From Escherichia coli (lineage in GTDB: Bacteria > Pseudomonadota > Gammaproteobacteria > Enterobacterales > Enterobacteriaceae), in the NCBI RefSeq assembly GCF_044324785.1, contig NZ_CP172127.1: a stretch of DNA of 64,000 nucleotides. One strand, written 5' to 3'. Of this stretch, positions 10,900-21,599 are shown piece by piece. The notes below the pieces were generated by a model that did no database searches, was not told the origin of the DNA, and worked only from the letters and a program-made list of their open reading frames with translations. The translations under genes and the position numbers were made by a program. How positions within the stretch are numbered: the first letter of the stretch is position 1; every line of letters starts with the position of its first letter.

Positions 10900-11160
10900 T
10901 CTTCGACGTTACAAACCGCACGGGTGTTGGTGGCGTCAAAATCGCTGAAGCGTTCCCCGAAGGCCGGGGCAGCCCACATGGATGTGGGCTGAGGGCGCGT
11001 CTTACAGGACGTTACCTCGCGCCCGACCCGGTAGCCGAAGGGGATAAGCTGAAGGCACCGCGCAGCGGCGATTTTGTTCGCCAGAGCCCGGGGGTGCAGG
11101 GGGCGGCGGCGACTGGCCGCCCCCTGCGCGCTCCCTGCGCCAGTGGCTTTATATGGCATT
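10900..11160. repeat. GC-rich cluster of stem-loops in the aqpZ–lysO intergenic region (REP-like or structured RNA candidate)
   Basis: Perfect hairpins cagcccaca/tgtgggctg (10970-10991) and gcagggggcgg/ccgccccctgc (11096-11127) in ~260 bp of high-GC non-coding DNA. Confidence 0.4.
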
Positions 11161-11320
11161 GCACATGAAAGGAGCGCAACAATGCTAAACACTCATATAG
11201 AATTAAAAATCCCCCTCTGATGCATAACATTTCCTTTTAATTGCAACTTTACTCGTCCTTCCGCTTTCAGTAGTGTGTCATCGCGCATTTCGACTTCATC
11301 TTTGCAAGGACTGGGTTTTC

Positions 11321-12220
11321 ATGTTTTCTGGGCTGTTAATCATTCTGGTTCCCCTGATTGTGGGTTACCTCATTCCGCTTCGCCAAAAAGCTGCATTAAA
11401 AGTTATTAATCAGCTATTAAGCTGGATGGTTTACCTTATTCTCTTTTTTATGGGTATCAGTCTGGCGTTTCTCGATAACCTCGCCAGTAACCTGTTGGCG
11501 ATTCTGCATTATTCTGCCGTCAGTATTACCGTTATTTTACTGTGTAATATTGCCGCCCTTATGTGGCTGGAGCGAGGCCTGCCATGGCGCAACTACCACC
11601 AGCAAGAAAAACTCCCGTCGCGTATTGCGATGGCGCTGGAGTCGCTAAAACTGTGCGGCGTAGTAGTGATTGGTTTTGCCATTGGCCTGAGTGGACTGGC
11701 TTTCTTACAACATGCGACCGAAGCCAGTGAATACACCTTAATTCTGCTACTTTTCCTCGTCGGTATTCAGTTGCGCAATAATGGCATGACCTTAAAGCAG
11801 ATTGTCCTTAATCGCCGGGGAATGATTGTCGCCGTGGTGGTGGTTGCCAGTTCATTAATTGGTGGTTTAATTAACGCCTTTATTCTTGATCTTCCCATCA
11901 ATACCGCGCTGGCAATGGCCTCCGGTTTCGGCTGGTATTCTCTTTCCGGTATTTTATTGACCGAATCTTTTGGTCCGGTAATCGGGAGCGCGGCGTTTTT
12001 TAATGATCTGGCCCGTGAGCTGATTGCAATTATGTTGATCCCTGGGCTGATTCGCCGCAGCCGCTCTACCGCACTGGGCTTATGCGGTGCGACGTCGATG
12101 GATTTCACCCTGCCCGTTCTTCAACGTACTGGCGGGCTGGATATGGTCCCGGCGGCAATTGTTCACGGTTTTATTCTTAGCCTGTTAGTGCCGATCCTCA
12201 TCGCCTTTTTCTCTGCATAA
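11321..12220 (+). CDS. lysO: Lysine exporter LysO/YbjE (299 aa)
   Basis: Polytopic membrane protein starting MFSGLLIILVPLIVGYL; 299-aa form. Confidence 0.9.
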   Translation: MFSGLLIILVPLIVGYLIPLRQKAALKVINQLLSWMVYLILFFMGISLAFLDNLASNLLAILHYSAVSITVILLCNIAALMWLERGLPWRNYHQQEKLPSRIAMALESLKLCGVVVIGFAIGLSGLAFLQHATEASEYTLILLLFLVGIQLRNNGMTLKQIVLNRRGMIVAVVVVASSLIGGLINAFILDLPINTALAMASGFGWYSLSGILLTESFGPVIGSAAFFNDLARELIAIMLIPGLIRRSRSTALGLCGATSMDFTLPVLQRTGGLDMVPAAIVHGFILSLLVPILIAFFSA

Positions 12221-12253
12221 TACCTCTCTGGCGGTAGATCCCTGCCGCCAAAA

Positions 12254-12267
12254 TTGCGCTAAATCAA
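12254..12267 (+). promoter_or_regulatory. Candidate FNR half-site pair upstream of hcp (TTGCGctaaATCAA)
   Basis: Close to the TTGAT-N4-ATCAA consensus; hcp is known to be anaerobically induced. Confidence 0.35.
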
Positions 12268-12325
12268 TCTCCCTTAAAGTTGCATAAAAAATCCCTTTTA
12301 TCCCCGCGTTAAGCGTCTTAACCTT

Positions 12326-12348
12326 AAACATGTATATTAAATATAACT
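12326..12348 (+). promoter_or_regulatory. Candidate NsrR operator in the hcp leader (aacATGTATATTaAATATAactt)
   Basis: AT-rich inverted repeat resembling the NsrR consensus as I remember it; hcp-hcr is an NsrR target. Confidence 0.35.
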
Positions 12349-12363
12349 TTAAAAGGTGTGATC

Positions 12364-14016
12364 ATGTTTTGTGTGCAATGTGAACAAACTATCCGTACTC
12401 CGGCAGGAAACGGCTGCTCATACGCGCAGGGGATGTGTGGTAAAACGGCGGAAACCTCTGACCTTCAGGATTTACTCATCGCGGCGCTGCAAGGGCTTTC
12501 GGCCTGGGCGGTAAAAGCGCGTGAATACGGCATCATCAACCACGATATAGACAGCTTTGCGCCACGCGCATTTTTCTCAACCCTGACCAACGTTAACTTC
12601 GATTCTCCGCGTATTGTCGGCTACGCTCGTGAAGCAATTGCCCTGCGCGAGGCGCTGAAAGCACAATGCCTGGCTGTAGATGCCAACGCCCGCGTCGATA
12701 ACCCGATGGCTGACCTGCAACTGGTGAGCGATGATCTCGGCGAGCTGCAACGTCAGGCGGCAGAATTTACCCCTAACAAAGATAAAGCGGCGATTGGCGA
12801 AAACATTCTCGGCCTGCGTCTGCTGTGCCTGTATGGCCTGAAAGGTGCGGCGGCCTATATGGAACACGCGCATGTTCTCGGTCAATACGACAACGATATT
12901 TACGCCCAGTACCATAAAATCATGGCGTGGCTGGGAACCTGGCCTGCCGATATGAACGCGCTTCTTGAGTGTTCAATGGAAATCGGCCAGATGAACTTCA
13001 AAGTGATGAGCATTCTGGACGCAGGCGAAACCGGTAAATACGGTCACCCGACCCCAACCCAGGTCAACGTCAAAGCGACGGCAGGTAAATGCATTCTGAT
13101 TTCCGGTCACGATCTCAAAGATCTCTACAACCTGCTGGAACAGACCGAAGGCACGGGCGTTAATGTCTACACCCACGGTGAAATGCTGCCTGCGCATGGC
13201 TACCCGGAGCTGCGTAAATTCAAGCATCTGGTCGGTAACTACGGCAGCGGCTGGCAGAATCAGCAAGTGGAGTTCGCTCGTTTCCCTGGCCCCATCGTGA
13301 TGACCTCGAACTGCATCATCGACCCAACCGTAGGCGCTTATGACGATCGTATCTGGACCCGCAGTATCGTTGGCTGGCCGGGTGTGCGTCATCTGGATGG
13401 CGAAGATTTCTCTGCGGTCATCGCCCAGGCGCAACAAATGGCGGGCTTCCCGTACAGCGAAATTCCGCACCTGATCACCGTGGGCTTTGGTCGTCAAACG
13501 CTGCTTGGCGCAGCGGATACGCTGATTGACCTGGTAAGCCGTGAAAAACTGCGTCATATCTTCCTGCTTGGCGGCTGTGACGGCGCACGCGGCGAGCGTC
13601 ACTATTTCACCGATTTCGCCACCAGCGTGCCGGATGACTGTCTGATCCTGACTCTCGCCTGTGGTAAATATCGCTTTAACAAACTCGAGTTTGGCGATAT
13701 CGAAGGTCTGCCGCGTCTGGTAGATGCTGGTCAGTGTAACGATGCTTACTCAGCGATTATTCTGGCGGTAACGCTGGCAGAAAAACTGGGCTGCGGTGTC
13801 AACGATCTGCCGCTGTCGCTGGTGCTCTCGTGGTTTGAACAGAAAGCGATTGTCATTCTGCTGACACTGCTTTCTCTGGGTGTGAAAAATATCGTCACCG
13901 GCCCTACTGCACCAGGTTTCCTGACACCAGACCTGCTGGCGGTGCTGAACGAGAAATTCGGCCTGCGTTCTATCACCACTGTTGAAGAAGACATGAAGCA
14001 ACTGTTGAGCGCGTAA
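12364..14016 (+). CDS. hcp: Hybrid-cluster protein / hydroxylamine reductase Hcp (550 aa)
   Basis: N-terminal Cys motif MFCVQCEQT; length and sequence as in K-12. Confidence 0.96.
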   Translation: MFCVQCEQTIRTPAGNGCSYAQGMCGKTAETSDLQDLLIAALQGLSAWAVKAREYGIINHDIDSFAPRAFFSTLTNVNFDSPRIVGYAREAIALREALKAQCLAVDANARVDNPMADLQLVSDDLGELQRQAAEFTPNKDKAAIGENILGLRLLCLYGLKGAAAYMEHAHVLGQYDNDIYAQYHKIMAWLGTWPADMNALLECSMEIGQMNFKVMSILDAGETGKYGHPTPTQVNVKATAGKCILISGHDLKDLYNLLEQTEGTGVNVYTHGEMLPAHGYPELRKFKHLVGNYGSGWQNQQVEFARFPGPIVMTSNCIIDPTVGAYDDRIWTRSIVGWPGVRHLDGEDFSAVIAQAQQMAGFPYSEIPHLITVGFGRQTLLGAADTLIDLVSREKLRHIFLLGGCDGARGERHYFTDFATSVPDDCLILTLACGKYRFNKLEFGDIEGLPRLVDAGQCNDAYSAIILAVTLAEKLGCGVNDLPLSLVLSWFEQKAIVILLTLLSLGVKNIVTGPTAPGFLTPDLLAVLNEKFGLRSITTVEEDMKQLLSA

Positions 14017-14027
14017 GGAGTTTGTCG

Positions 14028-14996
14028 ATGACGATGCCAACGAATCAATGCCCGTGGCGGATGCAGGTTCATCACATCACGCAAGAAACGCCGGATGTGT
14101 GGACGATTTCCCTGATTTGCCACGATTACTACCCATATCGCGCCGGGCAATATGCACTGGTCAGCGTGCGAAACTCAGCGGAAACGCTGCGTGCTTACAC
14201 CATTTCCTCCACGCCAGGCGTCAGTGAATACATCACCCTGACTGTGCGGCGGATTGATGACGGTGTCGGCTCCCGGTGGCTGACGCGCGATGTAAAACGC
14301 GGTGATTATCTCTGGCTTTCGGACGCGATGGGGGAATTTACCTGCGACGATAAAGCAGAAGATAAATTCCTGTTGCTGGCGGCAGGCTGCGGCGTCACGC
14401 CGATTATGTCGATGCGTCGCTGGCTGGCGAAGAACCGTCCGCAGGCCGATGTGCAGGTGATCTACAACGTGCGTTCGCCGCAGGATGTTATTTTCGCCGA
14501 TGAGTGGCGCAACTATCCGGTGACGCTGGTGGCAGAAAATAACGTTACCGAAGGCTTTATCGCTGGTCGTCTCACTCGCGAACTGCTGACTCGCGTTCCT
14601 GACTTAGCTTCACGTACCGTGATGACCTGCGGCCCGGCTCCGTATATGGATTGGGTAGAGCAGGAAGTGAAAGCGCTCGGCGTGACGCGTTTCTTTAAAG
14701 AGAAATTCTTCACCCCAGTAGCGGAAGCGGCGACCAGCGGTCTGAAATTCACCAAACTGCAACCGGCACGAGAATTTTACGCCCCGGTTGGCACCACGCT
14801 ACTGGAGGCGCTGGAAAGCAATAAAGTTCCGGTTGTCGCCGCCTGCCGTGCAGGTGTTTGCGGCTGCTGTAAGACGAAAGTGGTTTCCGGTGAATATACG
14901 GTGAGCAGCACAATGACGCTGACCGACGCCGAAATCGCTGAAGGTTACGTGCTGGCCTGCTCCTGCCATCCGCAGGGAGATTTGGTTCTCGCATAA
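14028..14996 (+). CDS. hcr: NADH oxidoreductase Hcr (FAD/2Fe-2S; 322 aa)
   Basis: C-terminal ferredoxin motif CRAGVCGCC; 11-bp gap after hcp suggests an operon. Confidence 0.95.
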   Translation: MTMPTNQCPWRMQVHHITQETPDVWTISLICHDYYPYRAGQYALVSVRNSAETLRAYTISSTPGVSEYITLTVRRIDDGVGSRWLTRDVKRGDYLWLSDAMGEFTCDDKAEDKFLLLAAGCGVTPIMSMRRWLAKNRPQADVQVIYNVRSPQDVIFADEWRNYPVTLVAENNVTEGFIAGRLTRELLTRVPDLASRTVMTCGPAPYMDWVEQEVKALGVTRFFKEKFFTPVAEAATSGLKFTKLQPAREFYAPVGTTLLEALESNKVPVVAACRAGVCGCCKTKVVSGEYTVSSTMTLTDAEIAEGYVLACSCHPQGDLVLA

Positions 14997-15128
14997 TCGC
15001 CTTATGCCCGATGATATTCCTTTCATCGGGCTATTTAACCGTTAGTGCCTCCTTTTTCTCCCATCCCTTCCCCCTCCGTCAGATGAACTAAACTTGTAAC
15101 CGTTATCACATTCAGGAGATGGAGAACC

Positions 15129-16847
15129 ATGAAACAAACGGTTGCAGCTTATATCGCCAAAACACTCGAATCGGCAGGCGTGAAACGCATCTGGGGAGTC
15201 ACGGGCGACTCTCTGAACGGTCTTAGCGACAGTCTTAATCGCATGGGCACCATCGAGTGGATGTCCACCCGCCATGAAGAAGTGGCGGCCTTTGCCGCTG
15301 GCGCTGAAGCACAACTTTCAGGAGAACTGGCGGTCTGTGCCGGGTCGTGCGGCCCCGGCAACCTGCACTTAATCAACGGCCTGTACGATTGCCACCGCAA
15401 TCACGTTCCGGTACTGGCGATTGCCGCTCATATTCCCTCCAGCGAAATTGGCAGCGGCTATTTCCAGGAAACCCACCCACAAGAGCTATTCCGCGAATGT
15501 AGTCACTATTGCGAGCTGGTTTCCAGCCCGGAGCAGATCCCACAAGTGCTGTCGATTGCCATGCGCAAAGCGGTGCTTAACCGTGGCGTTTCCGTTGTCG
15601 TGTTACCGGGCGACGTGGCGTTAAAACCTGCGCCAGAAGGGGCAACCTCGCACTGGTATCATGCGCCACAGCCAGTCGTGACGCCGGAAGAAGAAGAGTT
15701 ACGCAAACTGGCGCAACTGCTGCGTTATTCCAGCAATATCGCCCTGATGTGTGGCAGCGGCTGCGCGGGGGCGCATAAAGAGTTAGTTGAGTTTGCCGGG
15801 AAAATTAAAGCGCCTATTGTTCATGCCCTGCGCGGTAAAGAACATGTCGAATACGATAACCCGTATGATGTCGGAATGACGGGATTAATCGGCTTCTCGT
15901 CAGGTTTTCACACTATGATGAATGCCGACACGTTAGTGCTACTCGGTACTCAGTTCCCCTACCGCGCCTTCTACCCGACCGATGCCAAAATCATTCAGAT
16001 TGATATCAACCCAGCCAGCATCGGCGCTCACAGCAAGGTAGATATGGCACTGGTCGGCGATATCAAGTCGACTCTGCGTGCATTGCTGCCATTGGTGGAA
16101 GAAAAAACCGATCGCAAGTTTCTGGATAAAGCGCTGGAAGATTACCGCGACGCCCGCAAAGGGCTGGACGATTTAGCTAAACCGAGCGAGAAAGCCATTC
16201 ACCCGCAATATCTGGCGCAGCAAATTAGTCATTTTGCCGCCGATGACGCCATCTTTACCTGTGACGTCGGCACGCCAACGGTGTGGGCGGCACGTTATCT
16301 GAAAATGAACGGCAAGCGTCGTCTGTTAGGTTCGTTTAACCACGGTTCGATGGCTAACGCCATGCCGCAGGCGCTGGGTGCGCAGGCAACCGAGCCGGAA
16401 CGTCAGGTGGTCGCCATGTGCGGCGATGGCGGTTTTAGCATGTTGATGGGCGATTTTCTCTCAGTAGTGCAGATGAAACTGCCGGTGAAAATTATCGTCT
16501 TTAATAACAGCGTGCTGGGCTTTGTGGCGATGGAGATGAAAGCAGGTGGCTATTTGACTGACGGCACCGAACTACACGACACCAACTTTGCCCGCATTGC
16601 CGAAGCGTGCGGCATTACGGGTATTCGTGTAGAAAAAGCCTCTGAAATCGATGAAGCCCTGCAACGCGCCTTCTCCATCGACGGTCCGGTGTTGGTGGAT
16701 GTGGTGGTCGCCAAAGAAGAGTTAGCCATTCCACCGCAGATCAAACTCGAACAGGCCAAAGGATTTAGCTTGTATATGTTGCGCGCAATCATCAGCGGAC
16801 GCGGTGATGAAGTGATCGAACTGGCGAAAACGAACTGGCTAAGGTAA
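15129..16847 (+). CDS. poxB: Pyruvate oxidase PoxB (ubiquinone-dependent pyruvate dehydrogenase; 572 aa)
   Basis: TPP-binding motif CGDGGFSM; 572 aa. Confidence 0.96.
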   Translation: MKQTVAAYIAKTLESAGVKRIWGVTGDSLNGLSDSLNRMGTIEWMSTRHEEVAAFAAGAEAQLSGELAVCAGSCGPGNLHLINGLYDCHRNHVPVLAIAAHIPSSEIGSGYFQETHPQELFRECSHYCELVSSPEQIPQVLSIAMRKAVLNRGVSVVVLPGDVALKPAPEGATSHWYHAPQPVVTPEEEELRKLAQLLRYSSNIALMCGSGCAGAHKELVEFAGKIKAPIVHALRGKEHVEYDNPYDVGMTGLIGFSSGFHTMMNADTLVLLGTQFPYRAFYPTDAKIIQIDINPASIGAHSKVDMALVGDIKSTLRALLPLVEEKTDRKFLDKALEDYRDARKGLDDLAKPSEKAIHPQYLAQQISHFAADDAIFTCDVGTPTVWAARYLKMNGKRRLLGSFNHGSMANAMPQALGAQATEPERQVVAMCGDGGFSMLMGDFLSVVQMKLPVKIIVFNNSVLGFVAMEMKAGGYLTDGTELHDTNFARIAEACGITGIRVEKASEIDEALQRAFSIDGPVLVDVVVAKEELAIPPQIKLEQAKGFSLYMLRAIISGRGDEVIELAKTNWLR

Positions 16848-16883
16848 AAAGGGTGGCATTTCCCGTCATAATAAGGACATGCC

Positions 16884-17885
16884 ATGATTGATTTACGCAG
16901 TGATACCGTTACCCGACCGAGCCGCGCCATGCTCGAAGCAATGATGGCCACCCCGGTTGGGGACGACGTTTACGGAGACGACCCTACCGTTAATGCTCTG
17001 CAGGACTATGCGGCAGAGCTTTCCGGTAAAGAAGCCGCCATTTTTCTGCCTACCGGCACTCAGGCCAACCTGGTCGCTCTGCTCAGTCACTGCGAACGCG
17101 GCGAAGAGTATATCGTCGGTCAGGCCGCGCATAATTATCTGTTTGAAGCCGGTGGCGCAGCGGTGCTGGGCAGTATTCAACCGCAACCTATCGACGCGGC
17201 TGCTGACGGTACGCTACCGCTGGATAAAGTGGCGATGAAAATCAAACCCGACGATATCCATTTCGCCCGCACCAAATTACTCAGTCTGGAAAACACCCAC
17301 AACGGCAAAGTGTTGCCGCGTGAATACCTTAAAGATGCATGGGAATTTACCCGCGAGCGCAATCTGGCGCTGCATGTGGACGGTGCGCGCATCTTTAATG
17401 CCGTGGTGGCTTACGGCTGCGAACTAAAAGAGATCACGCAATATTGTGATTCATTCACCATTTGTCTGTCGAAAGGTCTTGGTACGCCAGTCGGTTCGTT
17501 ACTGGTCGGTAAGCGTGACTACATTAAACGTGCAATTCGCTGGCGGAAAATGACAGGGGGCGGGATGCGCCAGTCCGGCATTCTGGCAGCCGCCGGGATG
17601 TATGCGCTGAAAAATAACGTCGCACGCTTGCAGGAAGATCATGACAATGCCGCCTGGATGGCGGAGCAGTTGCGTGAAGCAGGCGCGGATGTGATGCGTC
17701 AGGACACCAATATGCTGTTTGTTCGCGTCGGGGAAGAAAATGCTGCCGCGTTAGGCGAATACATGAAAGCGAGAAACGTGCTGATTAACGCCTCGCCGAT
17801 TGTCCGCCTGGTGACGCATCTCGACGTCTCGCGCGAGCAACTAGCTGAAGTCGCCGCCCACTGGCGCGCATTCCTGGCGCGTTAA
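16884..17885 (+). CDS. ltaE: Low-specificity L-threonine aldolase LtaE (333 aa)
   Basis: PLP-aldolase fold; start [12 protein letters not shown]. Confidence 0.95.
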   Translation: MIDLRSDTVTRPSRAMLEAMMATPVGDDVYGDDPTVNALQDYAAELSGKEAAIFLPTGTQANLVALLSHCERGEEYIVGQAAHNYLFEAGGAAVLGSIQPQPIDAAADGTLPLDKVAMKIKPDDIHFARTKLLSLENTHNGKVLPREYLKDAWEFTRERNLALHVDGARIFNAVVAYGCELKEITQYCDSFTICLSKGLGTPVGSLLVGKRDYIKRAIRWRKMTGGGMRQSGILAAAGMYALKNNVARLQEDHDNAAWMAEQLREAGADVMRQDTNMLFVRVGEENAAALGEYMKARNVLINASPIVRLVTHLDVSREQLAEVAAHWRAFLAR

Positions 17886-17895
17886 GGAGGGAGAC

Positions 17896-19326
17896 GTGCC
17901 GCAACGCATTTTAGTTCTCGGTGCCAGTGGCTACATTGGTCAGCATCTGGTGCGAACTCTCAGCCAGCAAGGGCATCAGATCCTGGCGGCGGCACGTCAT
18001 GTCGACAAGCTTGCAAAGCTGCAACTGGCAAACGTCAGTTGCCATAAAGTCGATCTCAGCTGGCCGGATAACCTTCCGGCCCTGTTGCAGGATATCGATA
18101 CGGTCTATTTTCTGGTGCACAGCATGGGCGAAGGCGGCGATTTTATCGCTCAGGAGCGCCAGGTGGCTCTCAACGTCCGCGATGCGCTACGCGAAGTCCC
18201 TGTTAAGCAATTAATCTTTCTCAGTTCGTTGCAGGCCCCGCCACATGAGCAGTCGGACCATCTGCGCGCCCGTCAGGCTACGGCGGATATTCTTCGTGAA
18301 GCGGGTGTCCCGGTGACCGAATTGCGTGCCGGAATAATCGTTGGCGCAGGTTCAGCGGCGTTCGAAGTCATGCGCGATATGGTCTACAACCTGCCAGTGT
18401 TAACGCCGCCACGCTGGGTTCGTTCACGCACCACGCCCATCGCGCTGGAAAACTTGCTGCACTATCTGGTGGCGCTGTTAGATCATCCGGCCAGCGAACA
18501 TCGCATCTTCGAAGCCGCCGGACCAGAAGTGCTCAGTTATCAGCAACAGTTTGAACATTTTATGGCGGTGAGCGGTAAGCGCCGCTGGTTGATCCCCATC
18601 CCCCTCCCCACCCGCTGGATTTCGGTGTGGTTTCTCAATGTGATTACTTCCGTACCGCCCACCACCGCCAGGGCGTTGATTCAGGGGCTGAAACATGATC
18701 TGCTGGCGGATGACACCGCACTACGTGCACTCATCCCACAACGGCTGATTGCTTTCGATGACGCGGTACGTCGCACCCTGAAAGAGGAAGAAAAGCTGGT
18801 CAACTCCAGCGACTGGGGATACGACGCTCAGGCCTTTGCCCGCTGGCGACCGGAGTACGGTTATTTCGCCAAACAAGCGGGGTTTACCGTTAAAACGTCT
18901 GCCAGACTTGCGGCTTTATGGCAGGTGGTGAATCAAATCGGCGGTAAAGAGCGTTATTTCTTTGGCAATATTTTGTGGCAAACCCGGGCGTTGATGGACC
19001 GCGCGATCGGTCATAAGCTGGCGAAAGGCCGCCCGGAGCGTGAATATTTGCAGACCGGCGATGCGGTGGATAGCTGGAAAGTGATTGTCGTTGAACCGGA
19101 AAAACAACTTACGCTGTTATTTGGCATGAAAGCGCCGGGGCTGGGACGACTGTGTTTTACCCTGGAAGATAAAGGCGACTATCGTACTATCGATGTTCGT
19201 GCATTCTGGCATCCGCACGGTATGCCGGGGCTGTTTTACTGGTTATTGATGATCCCCGCGCATCTGTTTATTTTTCGCGGAATGGCAAAACAAATCGCCA
19301 GACTGGCAGAACAAAGCACAGATTAA
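17896..19326 (+). CDS. ybjT: Putative NAD(P)-binding protein YbjT (476 aa)
   Basis: GTG start preceded by aaggaggga RBS; Rossmann motif VLGASGYIG. Confidence 0.88.
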   Translation: MPQRILVLGASGYIGQHLVRTLSQQGHQILAAARHVDKLAKLQLANVSCHKVDLSWPDNLPALLQDIDTVYFLVHSMGEGGDFIAQERQVALNVRDALREVPVKQLIFLSSLQAPPHEQSDHLRARQATADILREAGVPVTELRAGIIVGAGSAAFEVMRDMVYNLPVLTPPRWVRSRTTPIALENLLHYLVALLDHPASEHRIFEAAGPEVLSYQQQFEHFMAVSGKRRWLIPIPLPTRWISVWFLNVITSVPPTTARALIQGLKHDLLADDTALRALIPQRLIAFDDAVRRTLKEEEKLVNSSDWGYDAQAFARWRPEYGYFAKQAGFTVKTSARLAALWQVVNQIGGKERYFFGNILWQTRALMDRAIGHKLAKGRPEREYLQTGDAVDSWKVIVVEPEKQLTLLFGMKAPGLGRLCFTLEDKGDYRTIDVRAFWHPHGMPGLFYWLLMIPAHLFIFRGMAKQIARLAEQSTD

Positions 19327-19424
19327 TCGACAAAACCTGCGTTATTCTTTCATGTTTCCCATTGCATCATGGGGGAAATCACGGAAGAATGCGCACGTCA
19401 TTTTCTCAACAACAGTGGATTGAT

Positions 19425-20438
19425 ATGAAGGTACTGGTTACCGGCGCCACCAGCGGCTTAGGTCGAAACGCGGTAGAGTTTTTATGCCAGAAAGGCATCA
19501 GCGTGCGAGCGACCGGTCGCAACGAGGCAATGGGTAAATTGCTGGAAAAAATGGGCGCAGAGTTTGTTCCGGCGGATCTGACCGAGCTGGTCTCATCACA
19601 AGCTAAAGTGATGCTCGCGGGCATTGATACGCTGTGGCACTGCTCCAGCTTTACCTCGCCCTGGGGGACACAACAGGCTTTCGATCTGGCTAACGTTCGC
19701 GCCACTCGCCGCCTGGGTGAATGGGCTGTCGCCTGGGGTGTGCGTAACTTTATTCATATCTCTTCACCCTCCCTGTACTTCGATTATCACCACCATCGCG
19801 ATATTAAAGAAGATTTTCGCCCTCACCGCTTCGCTAACGAGTTTGCCCGCAGCAAAGCAGCCAGCGAAGAAGTGATCAATATGCTTTCGCAGGCGAATCC
19901 ACAAACGCGCTTTACTATTCTGCGCCCACAAAGTCTGTTCGGACCGCACGATAAAGTCTTTATCCCCCGTCTGGCGCATATGATGCACCACTACGGCAGC
20001 ATTCTGTTACCACACGGCGGCAGTGCGCTGGTCGATATGACCTACTATGAAAATGCCGTGCACGCCATGTGGCTAGCAAGCCAGGAAGCCTGCGATAAGC
20101 TACCTTCCGGGCGTGTGTACAACATCACCAACGGCGAGCATCGCACACTGCGCAGCATCGTGCAGAAGCTGATCGACGAGTTGAATATTGACTGTCGTAT
20201 TCGTTCCGTCCCCTACCCGATGCTGGATATGATCGCCCGCAGCATGGAGCGTTTAGGCCGCAAGTCAGCAAAAGAGCCGCCGCTGACCCACTACGGCGTC
20301 TCCAAGTTGAATTTTGACTTTACGCTGGATATTACGCGTGCGCAGGAAGAGTTAGGTTATCAACCAGTCCTCACCCTGGATGAAGGTATCGAGAAAACTG
20401 CCGCCTGGCTACGCGACCACGGAAAACTGCCGCGCTAA
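19425..20438 (+). CDS. ybjS: NAD-dependent epimerase/dehydratase-family protein YbjS (337 aa)
   Basis: Rossmann motif [13 protein letters not shown]; stop overlaps the convergent amiD stop. Confidence 0.9.
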   Translation: MKVLVTGATSGLGRNAVEFLCQKGISVRATGRNEAMGKLLEKMGAEFVPADLTELVSSQAKVMLAGIDTLWHCSSFTSPWGTQQAFDLANVRATRRLGEWAVAWGVRNFIHISSPSLYFDYHHHRDIKEDFRPHRFANEFARSKAASEEVINMLSQANPQTRFTILRPQSLFGPHDKVFIPRLAHMMHHYGSILLPHGGSALVDMTYYENAVHAMWLASQEACDKLPSGRVYNITNGEHRTLRSIVQKLIDELNIDCRIRSVPYPMLDMIARSMERLGRKSAKEPPLTHYGVSKLNFDFTLDITRAQEELGYQPVLTLDEGIEKTAAWLRDHGKLPR

Positions 20439-21265
20439 TCCTGCCCGTATTTCTCCAGCAACGCTTCGGCAATCGCCTGAGTTTCTGCATCCGCTTCGCC
20501 GTTGTATAACGTCGGGCGGAAATGCATCTGGAACGCCATAATCACGCGCCGCTGCTCGCGCGGTGTCATATCAGGTTTAACGTCATAACCGTAGCGCGCC
20601 AAAAGCTCCAGTAATGATGCGGTATCTACCGGTGTGTGCGGCGCGCGCCCGGCAAGGTAAAAGTTCACCCGCTGCGCATCCGGCCAGGCACCAATCCCCT
20701 GCTGCGCCAGTTGTTGCCAGGGGAATAACGGCCCCGGATCGTCTTTGCGCTGCGGCGCAATATCCGCATGCGCCACTACGTTTTCCGGCTTGATGTGATA
20801 ACGGGCAATAATATCTTTCGCCAGCGGAATAAGCGCCTGAATCTGTGCCTGTTCAAACGGGGCAAAATATTTCACTCCGGATGATTTTTGCCAGCCACGG
20901 TTTTCCAGCTCAATGCCAATAGAGGTGTCGTTAAGACGCGTTGCCCCGCGCCAGGCGCTAATCCCCGCATGCCAGGCCAGCTCCTGTTCCGGCACCAGTT
21001 GCCAGATGCGCGGTTTACCGTTGTATCGCGGTGGCACAGCAGGGACCAGATAATGCGAACTGACCTGCTTATCGGTCAGTGTCGCCAGCGAGCTATCAAA
21101 ATCATCTGCGGTGTAGTGGATCACCAGCACTTTAATGCGCGGATACGCCGCCTGTGCCTGGCGTCGGGTATCAAGCTGATATCCCTCTTTCTCGACAATG
21201 CCTTTTTCGCCTGCACACCCTGCCAGTAACAGAGCGACAGCGATCAGCCAGAAGACTCTTCTCAT
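20435..21265 (-). CDS. amiD: N-acetylmuramoyl-L-alanine amidase AmiD, lipoprotein (276 aa)
   Basis: Lipobox LLAGCAG; amidase_2 fold; overlaps ybjQ by 4 bp. Confidence 0.94.
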
Positions 21266-21585
21266 CGACGCGTTTTCACCGCCGTACCGCTGACGCTAAC
21301 CATCAGCATACTGCCGTTTTGCCCGACCGTTTCGTAGTCGATATCAATACCAACCACGGCATCGGCCCCCAGTGCCCGGGCCTGGGAGCCTAGTTCCTCA
21401 AAGGCGATCTCCCGCGCTTTACGTAGCTCTTTTTCGTAGGCCCCGGAGCGTCCACCAACGATATCGCGGATACCGGCAAAGAAATCACGGAAAATATTGG
21501 CACCTAAAATCGCTTCGCCGGTCACCACACCGCAATATTCGACGATGGTCTGGCCTTCCAGAGTTGGGGTTGTAGAAAATTGCAT
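21262..21585 (-). CDS. ybjQ: UPF0145 family protein YbjQ (107 aa)
   Basis: 107-aa ORF upstream of and overlapping amiD. Confidence 0.92.
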
Positions 21586-21599
21586 GATCGATCTCCTTG

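Noticed and set aside
10818-11230. Minus-strand ORFs of 124 and 72 aa in the aqpZ–lysO intergenic region
   Set aside because: Ala/Arg/Gly/Pro-rich translations typical of GC-rich non-coding DNA read in frame; no ribosome-binding site; coincide with the hairpin cluster.
12973-13602. Long antisense ORFs inside known genes (e.g. 209 aa inside hcp; 216 aa at 25043-25693 inside artP; 116 aa at 6208-6558 inside macA; 171 aa at 997-1512 inside clpA)
   Set aside because: Shadow ORFs on the opposite strand of well-supported genes, with no start context and no recognisable domain.
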